A stretch of 27,083 bases of DNA from the NCBI GenBank assembly GCA_050268805.1, contig JBLNHB010000343.1, positions 1 through 27,083 on the forward strand, given 5' to 3'. Positions 1-6,059 of this stretch are shown here, piece by piece. The notes beneath the pieces were generated by a model, which did not search any database, had not been told where the DNA came from, and saw nothing but the letters and a program-made list of their open reading frames with translations. Positions within the stretch are counted from its first letter, which is position 1. Each line of letters opens with the position of its first letter. This DNA is from a bacterium (GTDB taxonomy: Bacteria > Nitrospirota > Thermodesulfovibrionia > Thermodesulfovibrionales > BMS3Bbin05). The position numbers were made by a program, and so were the translations under genes.

Positions 1-10
1 TCTCTCTTCT

Positions 11-1396
11 TTAACTGTCAAGCTCAAGTCCGTAATCCTTGATTTTCGTGAGCAATGTTTTATAGCTCACTCCCAGAATTTCCGCTGCCCTGGTCTTGTT
101 CCACCGCACCTCATTGAGAACTTTATTGATCCTCATCGTTTCAACTATTCTCTGGGCCTCCTTAACCGCATCTTCGAGCGTTCCGTTCATCGGCACGTTA
201 TCAAGCAGTGATTCCTGATCTTTCAGCTTGCTTAATGTGACATGCTCAGGAAGAATGACGGGCCCTTCACAGAGAATCACCGCTCTTTCTATGGTATTTT
301 CGAGCTCTCTGATATTCCCTTTCCAAGGATAAGCCATAAGAATATCGAGTGCTTCTCTTGCCAGAGCGAGGTTGCCTTTGGTTAATTCTTGGGAGTACTT
401 ATTCAGAAAGAATTCCACGAGGCTGGCAATGTCTTCACGTCTCTCACGAAGGGGCGGGATTACCACAGGGAAAACACTCAAGCGATAATATAAATCCTCT
501 CTGAACCTTTTCTGTACGACTTCCTCTTCAAGGTTCTTATTGCTCGCAGCAATAACGCGTATATCCACCTTTATCCGTTTCACTCCCCCAACCCGCTCGA
601 TCTCATTTTCCTGCAAAACTCTCAGAAGTTTGGCCTGCAGGGAAATATCGAGTTCACCGATCTCGTCAAGAAAGATCGTGCCCCTGTCCGCAAGCTCAAA
701 CTTTCCGATTTTCGTCGCTTCAGCACCAGTGAAGGAACCCTTTTCATGGCCGAAAAATTCTGATTCAATGAGTTCCCTCGGTATCGCAGCACAGTTAATG
801 GGGACAAAAGGGAAATCTCTCCTCGGACTCAGAAAATGAATTGCCCGGGCAAAGAGCTCTTTTCCCGTACCGCTCTCGCCGAGGAGCAGGACTGTTGTTT
901 TCCCCTGCGAAACTTTCTGAATTTTTTGTACGACCTCCTGGATTTGAGAAGACTTTCCGATGATAATCGGCATCCTGTACGTTGAGGAAAACTCATCCCT
1001 CAACAGCATGTTTTCACGGTATATTTTTTTGGTTTCCAAAGCCCGTTTTATCAAGAGCATCAGATGGTCGGTGTCGAAGGGTTTGGCAATAAAATCGCTT
1101 GCCCCCAGCTTCATCGCCGCAACCGCTGTTTCAATAGTTCCGAATGCGGTCATCACAATAACAGGAACCATAGAACTGTCCTCTTTGATAAACTTCAGCA
1201 CTGCTATGCCGTCCTGTTTGGGAAGTTTCAGGTCAGTCAGGACCAGATCAAAACGACCCTTCGAAAAGAGTTTACAGGCTTCTTCACCATCACGAGCAAC
1301 GGTAACGTCATAGCCCGCATCATGCAGGGTCTGCCTGAGCATATCAGCCATGGATTCCTTGTCTTCACAAATAAGAATATTGTCTCTTTCGGACAT
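11..1396 (-). CDS. Sigma54-dependent response regulator, NtrC/AtoC family (REC-AAA+-Fis HTH)
   Basis: Receiver (ILICEDK...LVLTDLKLP), Walker A GESGTGKE, GSFTGA sigma54-contact loop, Walker B FLDEIG, C-terminal HTH NKTRAAEILGVSYKTL. Start moved to ATG 1396 (MSERDN), which overlaps the mtnP stop as TGATG. Confidence 0.95.
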   Translation of the reverse strand: MSERDNILICEDKESMADMLRQTLHDAGYDVTVARDGEEACKLFSKGRFDLVLTDLKLPKQDGIAVLKFIKEDSSMVPVIVMTAFGTIETAVAAMKLGASDFIAKPFDTDHLMLLIKRALETKKIYRENMLLRDEFSSTYRMPIIIGKSSQIQEVVQKIQKVSQGKTTVLLLGESGTGKELFARAIHFLSPRRDFPFVPINCAAIPRELIESEFFGHEKGSFTGAEATKIGKFELADRGTIFLDEIGELDISLQAKLLRVLQENEIERVGGVKRIKVDIRVIAASNKNLEEEVVQKRFREDLYYRLSVFPVVIPPLRERREDIASLVEFFLNKYSQELTKGNLALAREALDILMAYPWKGNIRELENTIERAVILCEGPVILPEHVTLSKLKDQESLLDNVPMNGTLEDAVKEAQRIVETMRINKVLNEVRWNKTRAAEILGVSYKTLLTKIKDYGLELDS

Positions 1397-2181
1397 CACA
1401 TCCTCGCATTCTTCAATGCATCCCTGCAGGGGCATGCACGATCCTTCTGGAAAGAGGGCAGCGAGACAGTCAGCAAGGCATGAACATCTGCTGAAGCTTT
1501 CCTCATAGTTTCAAGGACTTCATCGACGGTCAGCTTTCCTATGGCCATTCCCGCAGCATAATTCGTAACAACGTATATGCCTGAATAGCAGAGTTCTGCT
1601 TCCCTCGCCAGGACTGCTTCGGGCATAGCAGTCATACCAATGACATCTGCTCCGAGAGAGCGATAAAAAGATATTTCCGCTGAGGTCTCAAGACGCGGTC
1701 CTTCCACGGCAACATAGGTTACTTTACCTATAATCTTCACTCCATGCTCTGTTGAAGAAGATATAAAAATGTCTCTCATATCCGAGCAGTAGGGATCGGT
1801 AAAATCGACATGGACGACATCATTTTCCTCAAAAAATGTGTTGACCCTGTTTTTTGTAAAGTCAAGAACTTGGTTGCCGATGGCAATACTTCCAGGCACC
1901 ATTTCATTTTGAATCCCACCAACCGCACTAATTGAAATTATCCTTTCTGCTCCGAATTGTTTCAATGCCCAGATATTTGCCCGGTAATTGACCCGGTGAG
2001 GCGGAATTGAATGATGCTGACCATGCCGGGGGAGAAATAAAACAGCATGACCTCCGACTCTGCATTTCACCAGTTCACCGGACGGCTTCCCAAAGGGAGT
2101 ATCTATTGAAAAACGCTCGACAGTTTCGAGTCCCTCCATTTCAGAGAATCCGCTTCCGGAGATGATGGCCAACATCCTCAT
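1396..2181 (-). CDS. mtnP: S-methyl-5'-thioadenosine/thioinosine phosphorylase (PNP/MTAP family)
   Basis: Motifs AIISGSG, FLPRHG-H-IPPH-VNYRANIWAL, EGPRLETSAEI, DVIGMT--PEA-LARE, VTNYAAG. GAGGG SD upstream. Confidence 0.88.
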   Translation of the reverse strand: MRMLAIISGSGFSEMEGLETVERFSIDTPFGKPSGELVKCRVGGHAVLFLPRHGQHHSIPPHRVNYRANIWALKQFGAERIISISAVGGIQNEMVPGSIAIGNQVLDFTKNRVNTFFEENDVVHVDFTDPYCSDMRDIFISSSTEHGVKIIGKVTYVAVEGPRLETSAEISFYRSLGADVIGMTAMPEAVLAREAELCYSGIYVVTNYAAGMAIGKLTVDEVLETMRKASADVHALLTVSLPSFQKDRACPCRDALKNARM

Positions 2182-2221
2182 TTCCCTCGCATGATTTTCG
2201 TTACACTTTTAAGTTAAAAAA

Positions 2222-2230
2222 ATTATATCA
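2222..2230 (-). promoter_or_regulatory. Extended -10 sigma70-type promoter (TGaTATAAT) for mtnP and the downstream regulator
   Basis: Minus strand reads TTGATATAAT about 40 nt upstream of the mtnP ATG. Confidence 0.55.
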
Positions 2231-2564
2231 AGAAATCACTCAATATTGCATTGCATTTCCCTGTATTCTGACTCCGGCACTGAAAGGAAACGTTTTTTTA
2301 TTTATGGTAGAATTTTTCCTATCGGTATGATTATACCAGAGCATTCACTTCCAGGAAATGCTGAAGCGTGCCGTTTGGAGGATCAGATGCGGAGACCAGG
2401 TGTATGACATCTCTGTATCTGGAGGATTGGAAAGTCGAGAGGGGTGTATTAGGTACCGAGGTGGGAGCCGGCATGAGGTAGCATTTGTGTTTTTTATAAC
2501 ACATTTTCCTTGAACTAACACATCTTTACCTTGATAACCTTCTTTCGTCAAAGACTTTTTCAAA

Positions 2565-2580
2565 TGGCATATAAATTGCT
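2565..2580 (+). promoter_or_regulatory. Sigma54 (-24/-12) promoter upstream of lpxC
   Basis: TGGCAT-ATAAA-TTGCT, with GG at 2566-2567 and GC at 2578-2579, exactly 10 nt apart. Matches the TGGCAC-N5-TTGCW consensus. Confidence 0.75.
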
Positions 2581-2594
2581 TGGACAAAACGATT

Positions 2595-3476
2595 ATGAAA
2601 AAACAGAGAACAATAAAAAATGATATAACCTTCCAGGGCATTGGTCTTCATTCAGGTAAAATGTGCACGGTAACATTGCGTCCGGCCAATGCCGATACAG
2701 GTATTGTTTTCTTCAGGACAGACAGAGGAATTATGATAAAATTGCACCCTGGTGCTGTTGTCGATACCGCATTTGCCACTACCATAGGCTACAATGGTAC
2801 AAGAATCAAAACCATTGAACACATATTATCTGCTCTTTCTGCCTTTGAGATTGACAATGTCTGCATAGATATTGAAGGCCCTGAGATACCGATTCTGGAT
2901 GGTAGTTCGTTCGAGCTTGCCGAGATTCTTTTAAAAGCAGGCATAGAACATCAAAATGCTTATAAAAAAGTCCTGGAAATACTCCACCCCTTTTCTGTTT
3001 CAGACGGATTGACATCCATTGAAATCCTTCCATACCAGGGGAGAAAATTTTCACAAACTATTGAATTTCATAATCAATTTCTGGGGAGGCAAGAATACAG
3101 TATTGATCTGACACCTGAGGCTTATATGCAGGAGATTGCTCCTGCACGTACATTTGGTTTTCTCAAAGATGTTGAAATGCTGAGGCAGAATGGACTTGCT
3201 AAAGGTGGATCGCTCGAAAATGCTGTTGTTATAGATGGAAACAGGGTTATAAATCCTTCAGGATTGCGTTATAAAGACGAATTTGTAAGACATAAAATAT
3301 TAGATTGCATTGGAGATATGTATTTATGTGGCATTTATATACAAGGACATATCATCAGCGAGCGTTCAGGACATTCAACAAACGTTAAGTTTTTAAAACA
3401 ACTCCTTCTCGCAGCAAGCACTTATAGAATCCAGCCTTACGAAGCTTCTCGTGGATTTATGCCTGCCCAAGCGTAA
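2595..3476 (+). CDS. lpxC: UDP-3-O-acyl-N-acetylglucosamine deacetylase
   Basis: KKQRTI, GIGLHSG, TIEHILSAL, EIPILDGSS, EIAPARTFGF, RHKILDCIGD, GH motifs. Start set at ATG 2595 (MKKQRT). Confidence 0.97.
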   Translation: MKKQRTIKNDITFQGIGLHSGKMCTVTLRPANADTGIVFFRTDRGIMIKLHPGAVVDTAFATTIGYNGTRIKTIEHILSALSAFEIDNVCIDIEGPEIPILDGSSFELAEILLKAGIEHQNAYKKVLEILHPFSVSDGLTSIEILPYQGRKFSQTIEFHNQFLGRQEYSIDLTPEAYMQEIAPARTFGFLKDVEMLRQNGLAKGGSLENAVVIDGNRVINPSGLRYKDEFVRHKILDCIGDMYLCGIYIQGHIISERSGHSTNVKFLKQLLLAASTYRIQPYEASRGFMPAQA

Positions 3477-3511
3477 AAAAGCTTGCTTTTTTGAAAAAAT
3501 CCCAGTATGAT

Positions 3512-3542
3512 AAGAAAAAGGCTGGAGGTTTCCCTCCAGCCT
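3512..3542 (-). terminator. Intrinsic terminator for the regulator and micropeptide transcript
   Basis: Perfect 10-bp stem AGGCTGGAGG/CCTCCAGCCT (3519-3542), GAAA loop on the minus strand, followed by TTTTCTT. Confidence 0.85.
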
Positions 3543-3564
3543 AAATCTAAAAACTGTTAAATCA

Positions 3565-3642
3565 CTATCTCTTTTTCTTTTTTGCGGCTTTCTTTACGGT
3601 TTTTTTCGCCGCCTTCTTCGTTGCCTTTTTCTTCGTCGCCAT
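3565..3642 (-). CDS. 25-aa Lys/Ala-rich basic micropeptide MATKKKATKKAAKKTVKKAAKKKKR (histone H1/Hc-like composition)
   Basis: ATG 3642, strong SD AAAGGGGGTGA ending 4 nt upstream, tandem stops TAG TGA, terminator just downstream. Too short for the ORF track. Confidence 0.75.
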   Translation of the reverse strand: MATKKKATKKAAKKTVKKAAKKKKR

Positions 3643-3658
3643 TGTTTCACCCCCTTTC

Positions 3659-3684
3659 ATCACCTGAACTCCGATTCAGGTGAT
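3659..3684. repeat. Perfect 10-bp stem-loop between the regulator stop and the micropeptide SD
   Basis: ATCACCTGAA-CTCCGA-TTCAGGTGAT. No U-tract follows it on the minus strand. Confidence 0.8.
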
Positions 3685-3690
3685 TCTTAT

Positions 3691-4239
3691 TTAGAGTCTT
3701 CCCAAAAGTAATATCTTTTTACTTTTGAGAATATCTTTTAACCGAAGGTCATCACTCTTCTTTCTCTCATTCATCTCAGCTTCCGTGACTGTAAAAGCAT
3801 TCATTCGTACCGAAAAGTTGTCTTCAATCTCCTTCAGACTCTTTTGGAGCGAACCGGAAGCGTTGATAACGAAGAGATCGACTGTATTATTTACAGGATG
3901 TCCTTCCGCATAAGGACCATAGATAAATGCTGACGTTGCTCCGGCAGCTCTGAGAACCGCTTTGAGGGCTCCGGGCAGGCCAAGCGATTTGGTTATGAGT
4001 TTTTTGAGATCAGGATACAGAGGGGATTTAATATTTGCTCTGAAGTACTTTAAATTTGCAACTCTTTCTGCAATGACAATTCCCATCTTTTCAAGATTGT
4101 CAAGCTCGCGTTTTACTCCGGATGGATTTTTTCGTAAGAGCTTTGCAATTTCTCGAACATAAAACTTCTCCTCCGGGCTATTCAGCAAAAGAGCTAAGAC
4201 ATCGGCTCTTATTGATGAGGAGAAAAGTTTCTTTAGCAT
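3691..4239 (-). CDS. Winged-helix (ArsR-like) regulator fused to a degenerate minimal nucleotidyltransferase (MNT)-like domain
   Basis: N-terminal LFSSSIRADVLALLL...YVREIAKLL...VKRELDNLEKMGIV wHTH. C-terminal FIYGPYAEG...NTVDLFVI resembles the MNT motif FGSxAxG...SDIDL. Confidence 0.75.
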   Translation of the reverse strand: MLKKLFSSSIRADVLALLLNSPEEKFYVREIAKLLRKNPSGVKRELDNLEKMGIVIAERVANLKYFRANIKSPLYPDLKKLITKSLGLPGALKAVLRAAGATSAFIYGPYAEGHPVNNTVDLFVINASGSLQKSLKEIEDNFSVRMNAFTVTEAEMNERKKSDDLRLKDILKSKKILLLGRL

Positions 4240-4257
4240 TTCTAATTACCTACATTA

Positions 4258-4286
4258 TTTATATACAAATAATTCATTTTTGTCAA
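4258..4286 (-). promoter_or_regulatory. Sigma70 promoter of the wHTH-MNT gene
   Basis: Minus strand TTGACA (4286-4281)-N17-TATAAA (4263-4258), about 20 nt upstream of ATG 4239. Confidence 0.75.
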
Positions 4287-4535
4287 CAAAAAAATTATAT
4301 CAATGAACATTTTTTTATTTTCTAAGAACGATAGTTCAAATTAAATCATGAATTCAATATAAATCCTCAACAAGATTTTCTAACAGGGTGTGTGGTATTG
4401 CTGAGCTATACCTTTAGATTCATCTAATGCGTACTGAACGATCCCGCATTTGATGAACCTCGAGAAAAGTATGCGTGAGGATTAGCCCATGATTCGTACT
4501 ATTGATAGCTGCATAACAAATGTCCTATTTAATGA

Positions 4536-4582
4536 GCAAGCAATTCATCCCTGTGCTCTTGGCACAGGGATGAATTGCTTGC
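4536..4582. repeat. 21-bp perfect inverted repeat with 5-nt loop, likely an IS200/IS605-type end hairpin or REP-like element
   Basis: GCAAGCAATTCATCCCTGTGC-TCTTG-GCACAGGGATGAATTGCTTGC, 22 nt upstream of the tnpA relic. Confidence 0.85.
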
Positions 4583-4604
4583 CTCAGTGTTCAGTGGAGT
4601 TATA

Positions 4605-4779
4605 ATGAGATGTACCTGAGCGTGAGAAAGAGATATGGTATTGGTGCCACAACATTTCGGAGTGTTACTACTATATACAATTGACGGTGAAATATCGGAA
4701 GGTGGTATTGGATAAGAGGGTTGAGAAAGCGATAGTGGAGTCGATGAAAGGATTCAATGAGAGGTATGCGATAGAGGTG
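4605..4779 (+). pseudogene. IS200/IS605-family Y1 (TnpA-like) transposase N-terminal fragment, frameshifted and truncated
   Basis: Frame 1 reads DVPEREKEIWYWCHNISECYYYIQLTVKYRKVVLDKRVEKAIVESMKGFNERYAIEV, resembling the IS200 TnpA (H..YH...VKYR..L) N-terminus. ATG 4605 with GGAG SD is out of frame. No HUH motif follows. Confidence 0.7.
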
Positions 4780-4843
4780 ACAAAGTATAAATGTCGCAAT
4801 GTTTACCCATACGGTTACATTTTACGCGGCGCAATACGAATTA

Positions 4844-4873
4844 TTGACAAAGGAATATGCTCAACGATAGTAT
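4844..4873 (+). promoter_or_regulatory. Sigma70 promoter of tRNA-Leu
   Basis: TTGACA (4844-4849)-N18-TAGTAT (4868-4873), about 40 nt upstream of the tRNA. Confidence 0.6.
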
Positions 4874-4913
4874 AGATTCATTATTGTCTCAAAATATCAT
4901 TGCTCTCTCACAT

Positions 4914-5000
4914 GCCGAAGTGGTGGAATTGGTAGACACGCAAGATTCAGGATCTTGTGGGGGAAACTCTGTGGGGGTTCGAATCCCCCCTTCGGCACCA
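4914..5000 (+). tRNA. tRNA-Leu(CAG), 87 nt, CCA encoded
   Basis: Acceptor GCCGAAG/CTTCGGC plus A-CCA; D-loop GGTAGAC; anticodon stem CAAGA/TCTTG with loop TTCAGGA; long variable arm; T-arm GGGGG-TTCGAAT-CCCCC. Confidence 0.98.
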
Positions 5001-5131
5001 ATCCGATAAGATATCAGATGCTGCGCGTGGCTCTCTCAGCCCGTTGCGCGGACCATCTACCTCTCTCCATGAGGTACCCGGCGCCGTGATTCGACGCTGA
5101 ATTCCGGAACAGCTAAAAAACAGGGGAATCC

Positions 5132-5140
5132 TGTTATAAT
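5132..5140 (+). promoter_or_regulatory. Extended -10 promoter (TGtTATAAT) for the ZIP transporter
   Basis: Perfect TGnTATAAT 76 nt upstream of ATG 5217. Confidence 0.65.
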
Positions 5141-5216
5141 GTGGAGGCCGTTTTTGCTGTTTTTCAGGGTGATGAACAGGACTACATTATTGATAACCGT
5201 GCTCTAGGAAGAAACC

Positions 5217-5966
5217 ATGTCCACTAACTGGCTCTATGCACTGGGAAGCGTTGTTCTGGTAAGCTTGGTATCACTCATAGGCATCGCCCTTATTCTGTTT
5301 CAGGAACAGAAACTGAACCGCACCATCTTTTTCCTCGTAAGTCTCGCCGCAGGGAGTCTCTTCGGCGATGCATTCATTCACCTGCTGCCAGAGGCATATA
5401 GGCATACTGATTTCACCATACATGCCTCTCTCTATACGCTTCTGGGGATTTTCCTATTTTTTGTTCTCGAGAAGTTCATCCGGTGGCGTCATGTCCATAC
5501 CCTCCATTTCAACAAATCAATCCATCCGATTGGTTATATGAATTTGATTGCAGACGGTATTCATAATTTTATCGACGGCATTATCATCGGCGCAGCATAC
5601 CTGGCGAGTTTGCCGGTCGGTATTGCGACCACCGTTGCCGTCATCCTCCACGAAATTCCGCAGGAGATCAGCGATTACGGAATTCTGCTCTATGCAGGGT
5701 TCAGCAAAACAAAGGCGCTCTTTTTCAATTTTTTCTCTGCCTCTCTTGCCGTGCTCGGAACCCTGATCTCTCTGTCTGCTGGCTCTGACCTCCCTGGTTT
5801 CTCAGCCGTCATGCTGCCGATCACGGCCGGGGGGTTCATATACATTGCCGGGTCTGACCTGCTTCCCGAGCTCCACAAAGAGGTCAAACCTTTGAAGTCT
5901 GTTCTTCAGCTGACCGCAATCCTTATCGGTATCGGCTTAATGTACCTGCTCACTGCTCTCGATTAG
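5217..5966 (+). CDS. ZIP family divalent metal (Zn/Fe/Mn) transporter
   Basis: Multiple hydrophobic segments, LAAGSLFGDAFIHLLPEA, His-rich loop HVHTLH, NLIADGIHNFIDG, LHEIPQEISD, IYIAGSDLLPEL. Confidence 0.93.
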   Translation: MSTNWLYALGSVVLVSLVSLIGIALILFQEQKLNRTIFFLVSLAAGSLFGDAFIHLLPEAYRHTDFTIHASLYTLLGIFLFFVLEKFIRWRHVHTLHFNKSIHPIGYMNLIADGIHNFIDGIIIGAAYLASLPVGIATTVAVILHEIPQEISDYGILLYAGFSKTKALFFNFFSASLAVLGTLISLSAGSDLPGFSAVMLPITAGGFIYIAGSDLLPELHKEVKPLKSVLQLTAILIGIGLMYLLTALD

Positions 5967-6059
5967 ACTGAAATTTTTCACTCGGTTTTTGCGATATTTC
6001 CGTTTTTCCGTTTTTGTGCTATAAATAGACTATCTGTCCATGTACTTCGGTCGCCTTGA

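Noticed and set aside
2345-2641. 98-aa minus-strand ORF overlapping the lpxC start
   Set aside because: Crosses the lpxC start and promoter, with no SD or motif.
3475-3492. AAAAAAG-CTTG-CTTTTTT as the lpxC terminator
   Set aside because: The stem is almost all A-U. The 3519-3542 hairpin is stronger but has its U-tract on the minus strand only.
4681-4875. 64-aa ORF as a functional gene
   Set aside because: It is the middle of the transposase relic running into the tRNA promoter region, with no HUH or catalytic Tyr motif.
4914-5000. tRNA-Leu as the att site of an integrated element
   Set aside because: No integrase gene and no duplicated tRNA 3' end seen in the window.
5001-5216. yybP-ykoY or other metal riboswitch upstream of the ZIP gene
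   Set aside because: No match to conserved motifs I recall, and the likely promoter (5132-5140) lies downstream of the structured part.
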